From Paraglomus brasilianum (taxonomy: Eukaryota): 61,492 nucleotides of DNA. Positions 1-12,795 of the stretch are shown in pieces (the stretch's first letter is position 1; each line of letters opens with the position of its first letter). Position numbers and translations under genes: made by a program. Below the pieces are notes generated by a model that had not been told where the DNA came from, searched no databases, and saw nothing but the letters and a program-made list of their open reading frames with translations. The stretch covers positions 1 to 61,492 of the forward strand of contig CAJVPI010000070.1 of NCBI GenBank assembly GCA_910592345.1. Direction: 5' to 3'.

Positions 1-599
1 TTAGTTGTTTTCAAGTCATCAAGACCAGATGCAAAAAGCATGCTGAAAACTGCTCGGGGAGCAGTCGTATTTAAGCGGTTTGAGAACTAATTTCTATACT
101 CCGCAGCTAATTAATGTCCAATAAAATATTAATATATATGATTAAATTTGTGCGACAAGTATTAGAATTCCGAAATTCGAAATACTTGCAATTCTAATTT
201 CGGTAGCGCAAAGTCACATGAACATTTTACCGTTCACAATGGCACTTTGCCACACTGTAATGAGCTATGAGAAACAGAGTAAATTGCTTTTGTAATTTAA
301 GAAAACATGAACCAGTTAAAACTCCAACAATAACTGAAATAATGGCCCAAAGTTATGTTGCTGTATATTACAGACATGTTGCTTACAACCAATACTTTTC
401 TGAAGCACGTATGTAGTGCCGATTGGGAACATCCTCATTCATGCTTCATACATTAATCTTCTAGCTTCAGCATACCTAAACCTTGGTAATTGGATATAAT
501 CTGAAGATAATAATCCGAAGGGAGATTTCATGATTTATATGTAATATAATTGTATATACATACAAGTAAAGACAAACGAGTTATGCGATTTCAATACCA

Positions 600-1966
600 T
601 GTCCTATGAGCAGCTATATCCTGCGTCTAAACTGTCGATCTCCATCCCCAGGGAACCACAAATTTCGCATTCCGTACCAATATTCTCTCCTTTCTTAGTA
701 AAGAACACGTATCCAATATCGGAATAGTATCCACATCGCCAATTTCCCCCCACTCGTCGTATCCTTGGGGTTTGTATTCGACAAGTGCAGTTATCTCGTA
801 ATAATGTAATACGTCCGGTTTTGAACGTGTTTTTGTTGCTATTTTAGAGGGAGCAGACTTTTTTTCCTGCTCTTTTTCCTTGACAGCATACTCAGTAGTG
901 GGACTTTTGGGAGGAGTTGCCGGAGATTTGATCGATTCATCAACGTAGATTCACTTGGCGATGAAAGTGTCTGAGAATCAGTTTGAGATATTGAAGATTG
1001 CGACTGATGTTGAATCTGACATGGATATGTAGCATAATTAGCTGCTGACTATTGGGTCTGAGCCGCAGAGTGATAAAGAGGAAGATTGGATGATACCGTT
1101 GATGTCGGAGAAGTATTCAATAATAGATTAGGTGCATCTCTTCGAAACTGTTGATGTTGAGGAGAAGGATAATGAGTGTAGGACGAGGATGGTGTTGACT
1201 CACTAACCGTAGACGTTGAAGGATCAATCAGCGGATGACTGGATGTTGAAGGATCAATCGGCGCTGCTGTTCTTGTTGCTGTTGCTGTTGCTGTTGCTGT
1301 TCTTGCTGCTGTTGTTGCTGTTGTTGACGAAGTGCTGACTGTTGCGATTGCTGATTAGTGAGCCACGGTTGCTGTGCCGATGGATATTTGGCAGATCGAG
1401 TAGCTGCTGTATGCGCAAGCAATTCCATCCCAGTGCCACTTTGCTCATTCCGTGTACTCGTCGAGTTATTATCGTCACGTACATTTGATGAACTGTCGGA
1501 TAAGACCTGCCTACCCCCGCTGATAGATTTAGAACCACGATTCTCAGACGAGACGAGTTCAAGCGCCGTCTTTACTATATTCATAGTCTCGTCATCAATA
1601 TCAGCAGTATTTTCTAGTTGGCAGGCATTAATGTTTTGTAGCAGAGTGTATTCCAATAACCTGCTGAAATGTACTAATTGTCTGTATTACGCCAGTTGAG
1701 CGCACTAATTATAATACATCCATCATGAAATTTGTGATAGTATTCGCGGCTTCGGTACAGATACTCATACTATGGTCATTATCGATATTCTGGATGTGCA
1801 TTCTTATCAAAGCATAATTGTACAATAAGCAAAGATATACTCGTATGTGATCAATCGTTGTACGTGAAATAGCCGTCCGCAATGGCTCGACTTTGTCAAT
1901 TTGTAGAAATGGAGGTAAATCGTTCTTCCATTGTTGGGAATTTTCACTCCCATTATGGCTAAACAA
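600..1966 (-). pseudogene. Disrupted fungal-specific (Zn2Cys6-type) transcription factor: middle homology region plus Q/S/P-rich C-terminus
   Basis: 1966-1709 reads WKNDLPPFLQ...LCLLYNYALIRMH...SICTEAANTI, typical of the fungal TF middle homology region. An in-frame TAA follows at 1709, then a frameshift into the polyQ ORF (1656-1228), a second frameshift after the polyQ (continuing PIDPSTSSHPLIDPSTST...) and further stops. No DNA-binding domain is visible. Left boundary approximate. Confidence 0.6.
1264..1326 (-). repeat. CAA/CAG trinucleotide tract (polyQ)
   Basis: (TGC/TGT)n on the + strand, encoding QQQQQQQQEQQQQQQQQQEQQ. Confidence 0.9.
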
Positions 1967-2097
1967 ACATATCTATTTATATAGAATTTTTTAGGAGTTT
2001 GACCCCGTTTCAAGATTGTCACATATTTTATTGTTATTGTTAGTAAATAAGGGTGATCAATGGTGTAGACAATAAAAGAACGCAAAACTCCATGTGT

Positions 2098-2240
2098 CGA
2101 AAACTCTAATGTGTGTACCTCCCCCCCTCCTTTTTTTTAACGATTGCAACTGAAGTGCCGAAAACTCTAATGTGTGTACTTTTTGAAAGAAATCCCGGCC
2201 TCCCCCACCCTTTTTTTTAAACGATTGCAACTGAAGTGCC
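2098..2240. repeat. Two imperfect direct repeats (~60-80 bp)
   Basis: cgaaaactctaatgtgtgtac...ttttttttaa(a)cgattgcaactgaagtgcc occurs twice in tandem. Confidence 0.85.
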
Positions 2241-2372
2241 AAACCTCCTTTTTTAATAAGAACTCTTATGCAGCGTTGTGCGTCTCCTGCATCTACGAGC
2301 TTATTTATAGTCATTAGAAAACCACAGGAAGAAGAGTTTGCCAAATTGACAAGTTACATAATGCCGGAAACT

Positions 2373-2760
2373 ACTTTAAAATGTGTGGATTAGTATATTT
2401 TAATATAAATACTCAATAGAACAATATTTCTAATATATTGCTTCTCCAACCCAACTAGCGGCATCACACATATGGTTCATTTGCTTGAATACGTAGTCAC
2501 AACTTTAAAATATGTGGATTAGTATATTTTAATATAAATACTCAATAGAACAATATTTCTAATATATTGCTTCTCCAACCCAACTAGCGGCATCACACAT
2601 ATGGTTCATTTGCTTGAATACGTAGTCACAACTTTAAAATATGTGGATTAGTATATTTTAATATAAATACTCAATAGAACAATATTTCTAATATATTTGC
2701 TTCTCCAACCCAACTAGCGGCATCACACATCATGGTTCATTTGCCTGAATACGTAGTCAC
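2373..2760. repeat. Tandem repeat, 3 x ~129 bp
   Basis: Unit actttaaaat(a/g)tgtggattagtata...gaatacgtagtcaca starts at ~2373, ~2502 and ~2631; copies nearly identical. Confidence 0.95.
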
Positions 2761-2981
2761 ATTAATATAGACAATGTATATAGCTTGCCTGTTTTAAAAC
2801 AATATTTTGACGATGCTATAAATATGATTCTTGTTCGAGTGAGAATATTTTCCAGCTTTCGTTAAGTTCAAACCAGTCAATATCTGTCCATACAACCCAT
2901 ATTTTTCCTCCATGCAGACTATATAATTTCGTTTATAATCTTCTTATATAAACGTTCTTGTTGTCGTCTGAAATATTCTCA

Positions 2982-3263
2982 ATGGCAGATGCATTGCTTG
3001 TCATCAATTTGATAATCGGATTCTTTACAATGTGGCAGTCTCTTATTAGCATTTACAAATTTTACAAAAGACAGACACCTATTTCGGCCGATACCGGACT
3101 AAGAAATAGAGAAACAATAACATTGAATGAACGGGAACATATTGATGAAAGGACCAACATTGAGCAAAGACATGCAGATTTTACTGTAAACATACGTGGT
3201 AATAGAAACGATTTAAACGATGAGAATGTTGTTATTACTATTGCGTATAAGGACTTGATGTAA
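2982..3263 (+). CDS. Small (93 aa) hypothetical protein with N-terminal hydrophobic segment
   Basis: ATG at 2982 gives MADALLVINLIIGFFTMWQSLISIYKFYKRQ followed by a charged tail; TATAAATA near 2817 upstream. No family recognised. Confidence 0.4.
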   Translation: MADALLVINLIIGFFTMWQSLISIYKFYKRQTPISADTGLRNRETITLNEREHIDERTNIEQRHADFTVNIRGNRNDLNDENVVITIAYKDLM

Positions 3264-4379
3264 GCATTAATTACTGGCACTGCTTGTTTATCTTATTTTG
3301 TTAATCTTCAATTCTTTCCACTTTTAATTACAGTCTTGACGCGAAGACTCAGTTTCTCAGTAAGACTTAAAAATACAAGTGGATTGGTCATGCCACAAAA
3401 AAGTGGCAGTCCTGTGACTTCCGAATGATCTCCGATGCAAGAGGCTTTCCACAGGCCTTTAATTCAACTCTCGATAATTCGACTTTCCAGAATTCGATCG
3501 CCTGGAGCAATGACCCGATTTTTCATATGAAATTTTTTTCCGTTAATTCGACCATTACATATACATTTCCGATAATTTGTAATTCGACCGCCCCAAAAAT
3601 TTTCTATTAAGCCAGCATGTATAAATAGTATTATAACTACGCCCGTTAATACTGTAATACGATCGTTAGAAAATCACTTCCATTTATGTATTAGTTGATT
3701 AATTTCTTCCGATTATTCGACCGTTTACACTAGGCTATTAACATGTTTTCCTATGACATCAGCAAAACTGTATGCTCGTATAAGAATTATAAGATGTAGA
3801 TTGTGCGCATTATTTAATAAATTGAATACGATAATTGATAAACATACTCACTTCTTTATTAACAACTGTAATTATTCTGACATTAGCATAGAAACTAATC
3901 CCGCATGTCTACCAGTTATGGTCCTGTTTCGGCTACTCATTCAATATCGTTCTGGCCAACAAAACTTCTATAACTTTCCTTCTCTTGACCCAGTTACCAC
4001 GTAGACATCGTCGTAAAACCTCAAAGGTTCAAGGAAAAATTAGAAGAACAAAGAATTTTCTGAAACCATTCGCTTACATTCTGGCTAATAATCCTAACAT
4101 TGCTATTAAGGATTTGGTTAGTTATTGCTTTTGACAAATGTACGAATTGCAGTAAAATTTGTTCGATGCCTGCCATATGTTATACAGATAAAATAAACTC
4201 ATTATTAGCTACCGATACAATCTTCGGACCCGTTAACTATAAACTAGTTAGTATTGATGAGATTATACCGATATTTCAAGTATTATAGCCCTCAAATATT
4301 TTGAACTGTCCACAGAATAGTTGAACGCAAGTGGTGTATATTCAGGAGGAGTATACGTATTGGCATATCAATTAGATAC

Positions 4380-5348
4380 ACCATGAAGCAAGATAATATC
4401 ACATCAACTATAAAAAAACAAAAAGGTCCACTGACGGCATTTCAGAAGAAAGAGATATCTTGCACCAATGCAGACATGTTTATTCACAAGCACAAAACCC
4501 CTCGCCCACTTCGTGGAATTGATAAAGGCTCTCTGGCAGTTGAATATTATTGGAATGGATTTAATGAGAGCACACAATCGTAAAATTCTTCTCTTAGTTG
4601 ATAACGCTCCGACGCATGTGACAAATATTAGACTTTATTATTTGCCACCTAATACGATTGCCCTGCGATGCGGGGATTATTCATTCTTTCAAGATTTAGT
4701 TGTTATTAACATATAGAAAGTAAACTAATCTAATTCATCTGTACTGTATTTAGGTACAATATCGACGATTGCTAGCGAGAAATAGAGTTGAACGGTCTAT
4801 CGAACCGTTACACTGGTCAACATTCTGGACGCAATTAATTTGTGTTGAAGTGTGGCAGTCAGTTAAGGAATATTTGTTGGCAGAAAATTAGTATTCAAGG
4901 AAAGCAGAGATGCCGTTAGCAGAATTGAATCAGAAACGGAGAGTGTTCAGCAATTAATCGATAAACTAGGTCTTGAATTGCCAATGACGGCAGAAGAATA
5001 TATTAATGTTGACGATAATGTAATAGCTGGAGGCCTGACAGATGGAAAAATTGTAGCAGCGGTGTATTCTCCTGAAGAAGAACCAGAAATAACTCAATCT
5101 GCTGCAATAGAATTTTTGGCGAGGATTTTGCATTTGATGTTAAAATGACATCGGAAAACTGCGTAATGTGCAGGGTCAATTCTGGGCTTAAGCACTGGTT
5201 GATTTATAAGTATGTGATGAAATAAAGATTTTACTTCAAATCAGCTAGCGTTATTTGAAAATATACAATTATTTAACTCGTTATACCAATATAATGAAGT
5301 CCCATAAATATCATTATCAACGATTATACTGATAAAGAGGTTTGACTG
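4380..5348 (+). mobile_element. Degenerate pogo/Tigger (DDE_1, CENP-B-like) DNA transposon with right TIR
   Basis: Frameshifted fragments FIHKHKTPRPLRGIDKGSLAVEYYWN, RKILLLVDNAPTH..NIRLYYLPPNT and PMTAEEYINVDDN. Ends in ...gataaagaggtttgactg|TA (reverse complement TA|CAGTCAAACCTCTTTATC, a pogo-type TIR). Repeated (t)aattcgac motifs at ~3460-3725 may be sub-terminal repeats of this or a related element. Confidence 0.8.
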
Positions 5349-5718
5349 TATTGGAACTCAAATCGCGTTCTATTTCTTAAGTTAAAGTCGACGAGATGGT
5401 TGTAAAACGGCTGAAGTTATAGAGGTTTGGATATTACGTCATTTATATTGGCGGGTTACATCATGTGCATACATTGAATTGAACTCTTTACGTTTATTCG
5501 TAAATAGAAGGACTAACATGGATTTTTGAATCAAGAATTAAGTTTCAAGATTGTTTGGTAACGCTTATTCTTTAAATGGCAAATCTTCAAGTCGGTAGTA
5601 TGGACATTTCCCACACTTTCAGGGAGGGCAACTCTATTTCCAAAATCGGAGTAGTATGGTTGATCATTAAACAGAAATAACAACGTCCGGCTCGGACCTC
5701 TTCCTTTTATTCCCAACG

Positions 5719-8173
5719 ATGCTCATATTTGCTATTTTTATAACAGTAATTATCTACCTTATATGCAAATACCCCGACAGAGCTATTGGAACTCCGAAAT
5801 TCAGGAAACTGCCTGGTATGTGGTGAATCAAAGGGTAACGTGTTTGAAGAAATGGGACCCGGAACATGAAAAGGCTAATTTCAGACCCCAACTTGACTGT
5901 CGCTTAAAAAATAGGCCCCAGAGGACTTCCAATACTCGGAAACTTGATATCTCAACTCCTTCATGTAACACGAGACAAGACGTCTTTGCAACATACAACC
6001 AGCTTGTATAATAAATATGGTCCCATATGGTACTTTACGTTCTAATTCATCGTTTCAACTGTTGTGCGTTGCAAGTTAACAACAAACGCCCGATTTCTTC
6101 AGGACGATATCCCTACCTGGAATTGGGCGAGTTGTGGGGTAATCGATCAAACATGTTTCGCAGTGACCAACGCGATTAAAGCTACATTAACCCTAACCTG
6201 CTCCATTAACAAAGAATCGATGAACCGGCAACGCTTGAATACATACTTAAAAGTAGGTTTATCTGAACATCTTATTTGTAAATTTACGCAAACTCTCACC
6301 ATTGCCTTTTCCCTAAACCAGAAAACTTTGACAACTACGTGAAGGGGGACTACCTGTCGAGCCGCATGCAAGATGTACTTGGGCATGGCATCTTTGCAAC
6401 AGGTGCATAATACATTCATATTCTTTGTTGGTTGCATCGCTTAAAATTTCTTGCTTAGCCTTAAGGTCTTAATAAATTCACGACTAAATTTTCGTAGACG
6501 GTGACGTCTGGAAAGTACAAAGGTGAATTCACGTTAAATTCGCGCATCAAGAAAAGGAAATTAAATTAATTTGTATTACATGCAGAAAGAAAGCATCCAA
6601 TATCTTCAAAGTGCGAAACTTTCGCGAAATAATCTGTAAAGCATTCGCCGAAGACGGCAACTTGTTGCTAAAGATACTTAACTCAGCGGCGAACAGCGAG
6701 GAAGAGCTTGATCTGCAAGGACTATTCTTCCGATACACTATGGATACTTTTGGAAAGTAAGTGATTGTCAAAAGTTGTGCCGCCATCAATCGAATCATTC
6801 TCACACTTTTTCAAAATAAAAAAAAAAAAAACACACAATTTTTTTTTAAAGAATCTGCTTTTCAAGAGACTTTCAATGTCTTTCAAAGCCAAACGAGCCG
6901 AATGCGTTTGCGTCGGCGTTCGATTTCGCTCAATCCGTCATTGAACATCGATTTATGTCTCCATTTTGGAAATTAACAGAGGCGTTTACTAAACAGGGCA
7001 GAAAATTCCGTGAAGCAGTAAAGTTTTTGGATGACTACGCGTATGATGTGATTAGGGAGAGAAGAACAGCCGATCCTCACGGACATACGGTTAATGACTT
7101 GTTGGGGTTGTTTATACGGGAGGACATGAGTGATGAAGAATTGAGAGACATATTTTTGAACTTGTATCCTTTCGTCTGCCTTGGAATTAAAAAAAAAAAA
7201 CAAAAACCGAACATGTACCGATTTTTCTCATGCATACCGTATTTATCCTTGATTTATTTTCTGACAAACTTGATTTAGCATGATAGCTGGTAAGCGCAAT
7301 TTGTCTTTAGCGAACATATAATATGAATTATCTCTAATTCTCTGACTGTTTTCTCGCAGGCAGAGATACAACGGCTCAAGCCCTGAGGTGATAATTGTTT
7401 GAAATTGCGGGCTCATATTTGTCACTCATGATAGACTAAGTTCGTATTTAACTTGTGTAGCTGGATGTTTTACCGAATCTGCACAAGACCTGACGTAGAG
7501 GAAAGACTATTGAACGAGATTAATACAGTACTCGATGGTAAAGCAGCGCCAGACTATGAAGATATCCACCTTATGAAATATACCGAAGCAGTGTATGTTA
7601 CTGGTTTCATTATATCGATTTTCGTCTGTGGATGATTTCTAATATCTCTACTCTCTGTCAGTTTCTTGGAAACTTTGCGTCTCCATCCATCAGTTCCAAG
7701 AGCCGCTAAAGTGGCAGTTAACGATGATGTACTGCCAGATGGGACATTTATTCCGGCAGGTACAGTTGTATCCTATCATCATTATAGTATGGGTAAATCA
7801 AAAATACTGTGGGGCGACACGGCCGAAGAGTTCAGACCCGAGAGATTTTTAGATGCTAATGGAGATGTACGGAAGATCAGCCCTTTTACATTTCCTGTTT
7901 TTAACGCTGGCCCGAGGACATGGTGAGTTAATTATTGATAGTTGCAATTTCATATCTTACAGTTTCACCGGAAATAATGTCTTTTCTCACCCCTCACCCC
8001 CTCCCCCATCCAGTCTCGGACAACAGTTTGCTAGCATTGAAGTTCTTACAGTAGTTTCAATGGTTCTGAAACACTTCAAAATAGAATTGAAATCTAAAGA
8101 GGAACCACTACCGGGTCGATCTCTGACACTGCCAATGGCTCAGCCATTGCTTTGTAGAGTGTATAAAAGATGA
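5719..8173 (+). CDS. Cytochrome P450, CYP86/CYP704/CYP52-like fatty-acid hydroxylase type, multi-exon
   Basis: Manually spliced exons: MLIFAIFITVIIYLICKYPDRAIGT / GPRGLPILGNL / NFDNYVKG..DVLGHGIFAT / DGDVWKVQR / KKASNIFKVRNFR / NF-MIAG-RDTTAQALS / ETLRLHPSVP / FRPERFL / FNAGPRT-C-LGQQFA, with the heme Cys codon split TG|T by an intron. Start codon tentative. Confidence 0.9.
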
Positions 8174-8286
8174 TTACTGTGAGATGTGCTATCCTAACTT
8201 AATTCGAGCTTACACTGAATATGTACTACACGTGATGACATCATATAAATCCGTTTTGGTCAATTCTGGATGCTTCATTCATTATT

Positions 8287-9478
8287 ATGATTCGATTTCC
8301 ACCACTCGTTAGTTTAATGAAAAACCAATTATTGATAACATCTTCATTCGTACATTCTCGTAAATATTCCATTATACTTGATAAAGAAGGACCATATCAC
8401 AAACTTTTAAAAAGAAAACACACCCCATCAGAAAAAGAATTTGACAAATTAAGCGTATTTGAACAAGACATATGGGCTAGTCCTTATGGTGCGAAGTTTG
8501 CGTTGGTTTACCCTCGAATACATGTGCTTGGAAATTTATATTGGAGTTTCTTTTCCACTTTCCTTAGTGGCTGCTATTGCGACACCCTTACGTCGCTGTA
8601 TATACCATGACCGATTGATGCCGAGACGTAAGGGATACTTGCCTGTTAATATTATACGTCTATATTAATTTAATGCTCGTAGATATCCAATCGTTCCATA
8701 GATTTCCTCATTCGTTTCATTAGACTATATGATGACAAGACAAATAGGCTATGGCTTCTTCCAGATATCACAGGGAAGACGTACAGAGATAAAAGGCATG
8801 GACTTGCGTTTTATATCCGATCACGAGCCGATGTCGTCAGTGCTTTGACGCAAGAAGGTACAAATGTAACCTCAATTAGATAGTTATTCTAGGCATCTAC
8901 TAAATTTGTTTGCATTTCACGCAGGAAAATACAAACAGATCCAGTCAGATGCATATTGGAGACCAGATATGATACATCATGTATGGCGAATATTGCTCAG
9001 AGACCTCAAGAAAGAATGGGACAATATCAAAACCACTGTTGATAATGCAGGCGCCAAATTGTGCAGGACAGACCTATTTATACCAATGTTGAGAGACAAC
9101 CGCAACCAACAACAATACGACGTATATTCCAACAGCAGACATATACCTGGGTTACAATGTATTCTGGTGCTTGATGGCCAAGAAGAGAGTAATACGATAA
9201 ATGATGGACGAAAACAATTACCAATGATTCCTTCATCACCCATTGGCACTCCAGTGTCAGTCGGCTTTGTTTCTAGTCGAACAAATCAGTACTCAGTACA
9301 GTCAAATATCATGGCTTATGACATACGAAAAGTTTGGGGAAAAGAAGGTCTGAACAATATCAAGAACATGCTTGACGAAAAGTATAGAGATGAATGTCGA
9401 GCTGTGGGTGTGGTGAGACACGTAGCCACGAAATGGTTTGCATTGGCCTTGTGGAAATTATTAGATTATACCGAGTGA
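8287..9478 (+). CDS. Conserved fungal protein, RRG8-like (putative mitochondrial), multi-exon
   Basis: Spliced reading ...DIWASPY/VAAIATPLRRCIYHDRLMPR/DFLIRF...LWLLPD/...AYWRPDM resembles the PYA..LASPxR...LP.DFL motif of Rrg8-like proteins; basic, acid-poor N-terminus; GT-AG introns. Confidence 0.5.
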
Positions 9479-9646
9479 CTTGATATACCGATTTAATTTT
9501 AGCCACAAATATACAATAAATCCAAATATTATCAATATAGCTACTCGCTGACTCGTCCTCTTGCTCGCGCTCTCTCACACACTCTCTCTACCTCTCTCTC
9601 CCCCTCTCTCTATCCTCTCCCTCATTCCCCGCCGCCCAACGCGATT

Positions 9647-10705
9647 TTACTCGTTATTCCATCCACTCCCGAACAAGTGTTTCCAAATCCAGTCATGTAT
9701 AATGTAGGTTAACCGACATACGTATATTACGAGCCACGCGCTGCTAAGAGGTACGCGCCTATTATATTTATGCGATAATCTAAGTATGGTAAGGATAAGC
9801 GTAAAGTGAGGTGTGAACAATGTCAGGAATATAAATCGTCCGATTTTCTTGCGGGTTGTGTTCACGTTAAATGGTACGAGCGAGTTCAGGTAATTTTGAT
9901 ATTCGCTTCTGAAATTAAACTCTATTGCACCTTCTTTTAGTAGATTTAAATATCTAAATACAAAAGAATTGATGTTACTACAACAAGTTGGTTGAATCGC
10001 GTGGCTTGTCAAGATTTCTATATACTTGCCTAGCCGATGCCTGACATCCAGGCCTGATTGAAGCGGGCCTAGCAATCAAGGTCTTTGCGACGAGTATTTC
10101 ATCGTCACTAGTCTTGCATTCGACATCGATAACATCATACCCAACCGGAATACTGTTATATCCCCATCCGCCTTCTGTTCTTATGATACGCTCGAGACAA
10201 GTTTTAGTAATCTGGTAAACCACGCCTTGTAAAGTAGGAGGCAGTGAATTCTCTGGATTGTTTGGATCCCATTTGAATGGTGTCCCCGCTTTGCAACGAG
10301 AATGGATTTCCATTGCATATTCTTTGGTGATTTCTTTTTCCGTTCTTTTGATCAGACTAGCATAGCATGGCTCAAAGTACGGTACACCCGCGAAATCCAT
10401 GCTTAGCCAGTACTCGGGGGCAGTTACAATTTTGTGCTGTAACGGATTGATCCCGCGACGGCCTTGGAAGACTGCCTTGTTCATATTACTGCCGTACGCT
10501 GTTTAAGTAAAATCATTTAGTGCATTAGGCAGGAGACTTGAAAGATGAGTAATCTGCAGAAAACATCCAAATTCTGCCCGAGAAATAAATTATTATGACA
10601 ATAAAAGGAATCAAAGGGTAAAAAACTGTTGTAGAGATTACCTAGATACCAAATGCAATCATCGTTGATGTAATCGGTTATTATGGTCGTGTCGTTTAGC
10701 ACCAT
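9647..10705 (-). CDS. Gamma-glutamylcyclotransferase (GGCT / GliK-like), 3 exons, hydrophobic C-terminus
   Basis: Spliced IWYL/AYGSNMN (GGCT signature), GVPYFEPCYAS, LQGVVYQIT...IIRTEGG (catalytic Glu), SAR/YLNLLKEGA...YQNYL; these match GliK-type fungal GGCTs. Confidence 0.85.
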
Positions 10706-11104
10706 TGTCTAATTTATTAATTCACTATGCTCGTCTTTCGGCAGTGAATACGAATATATATATAAGCTCTGAAGACAATTGCAGCAAGACTAGACTAAAA
10801 TTCGTTACTATTACGTTTGTCGGTTAATAATAATCGCTTCGACATTCTCCTTGTTACCTAATTGTATATTTTCTATAATAATCCGATAATCGTGCTTCGT
10901 CCCACCTTCCCGGTAAATAACAATAAAAAGGAAAAAATATGCACATTGAAATGGACACACAAACGATAATAGCACGTTGAAACATTTATTGATGAATCAA
11001 TACCATTCACCCTTTCATTCTAAATAACGTGCATACCAATATGGATTATAAACAAAAGTATTCATGAAACACAGGTAGCGAATGACATCATTATATGTGT
11101 GATA

Positions 11105-12795
11105 TTACATATGGCACCTCGACTTCAATCTCATAGGTATATCATCTTTAGCCATAAGAACAAACCTTTCGACCTCTTCAACCTTTTCTGCAGGAACAGT
11201 CAACTCGACATTAAAATTCTGCATAATCAATAGTAATACTAGCTTAACTTCTACCATTGCCAATCTCTCGGCTGGGCATATTCTTGCCCCATAACCGAAA
11301 GGTAACCAGGTTAATGGCTTAATTTCGTCTTTTCTCTGTCGACTCCATCTGTCAGGATCAAACGTCTTTGGATCGGTGTAGTAATCTCTACTCGAGTGGA
11401 CTAGAGGTATGGGGAATAACACTGTTGTCCCGGGCTCGAGTGATAGTTCCTCTCCATTTGTTAACGTAAACGTAGATGGCGTGTCAGTGGGTAATAATCG
11501 TGCAACAAAGACACCAGGTGAGTGCAGGCGAAATGCTTCTTTGACTATTGAATTGAGATATTCAAGATTCGAAAGATCTGCGAGAGAAGGCAGACGACCT
11601 TGAAGTGTGGTGTCTATTTCTTGCTGGAGACGGCGTTGAATTTCTGGCGTTTGAGCCAAGTGGAAAAGCGTCCAGAGGATACCAATACCAGTTGTGTGAT
11701 AGCTAGCGATCAGAAAACCTGTCATTATCATGTACATCTGGAATATCGAGAGTCGCATGAATATTAGTAAAGATCAAAAAGAGCAAGCCTTATTCTCGCT
11801 TGACTTACCATATCATCTGTAAACGGCTCACCAGTCTCTGGATCATTGTCTTCAATCATAATCGTCAACAAGTCTCTTGTCTTTTTTTCCTTTCCACCTC
11901 TCCTGATTTCTTCTCGTCTTTGATCTATAAGACGCTTAACGTTTTCTTGGATGTATTTTAGAGCATCCTGGATTTTCTGGTTATCCCTTTCATCGAAAAG
12001 ACCAAATTGCTTATCGAAAAGACCGCCCAGAGCGAGATCGTATGCTTTTTTGAATTCAGTGAGGTCGATATCCGTTCCACCTTCCGTACTAATAGAAAGA
12101 AAGGGAGGAGAGAATGATGCAAACGTACAAATAATTCATACTATTATATTTAATAATAAGAATTTGCCTTAGAAGAGTTTTGGTGGAAATATGAAATGAT
12201 AGAGCAAGACAATCATCCTGCATTCGTATTACGGCTCCATTTCTGTTTTCTTCGGCAGCCTTCTTCCATTCGTTTGTAAATTGAATGCCAATATCACAAA
12301 GTGTTGCAAATTTGGCTTCGATAACTGTTTGCAGACAAGATATTGTTTACTTCACACAGGCTTTTCCATTGATTGTCCACATACGCTATGATTGCCAATA
12401 CTCTCACCTTCTTGACCAAAAGCTGCGCCCACCGATTTTCTAAATCTTGCCGCTCGACCTTGCTCATAAATTTGAAGATTATCATGACCCAAGAGATCAG
12501 CCAAAAACGCAAACAATTCTTTTGGTCGATTTCCACAAGATAATGTGGCTTTCATCACCGCAGTGTCTATGCAAGATATGGTATTTGGCATTGGTAGACC
12601 ATGACTGGCAATAGCGCCCTGTTCAGAATGGAGTTTCTTGATATACGGAATGAATCCACCAGCCTGCTTGAGAGCTTCTTGAGGATCGAGCGATAAAGAT
12701 TGTCGTTTGTTTTTTGCATAGATGAGATAAGCGGGTATGAGGAGAATGGCAAGGACGAGGATTGAATAGATATCAACGTTACAAAGTAGTGACAT
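11105..12795 (-). CDS. Cytochrome P450 with atypical motifs (CYP20-like features), multi-exon
   Basis: N-terminal TM anchor; I-helix FLIASYHTTG; K-helix EAFR; FDPDRW; heme motif PFGYGARICPAERLA. Confidence 0.9.

Noticed and set aside
2373..2760. Regular repeats as a CRISPR-like array
   Set aside because: Units are contiguous with no unique spacers, the context is eukaryotic and no cas genes are present.
9565..9625. CT-rich tract between convergent genes
   Set aside because: Ordinary low-complexity microsatellite in a shared terminator region.
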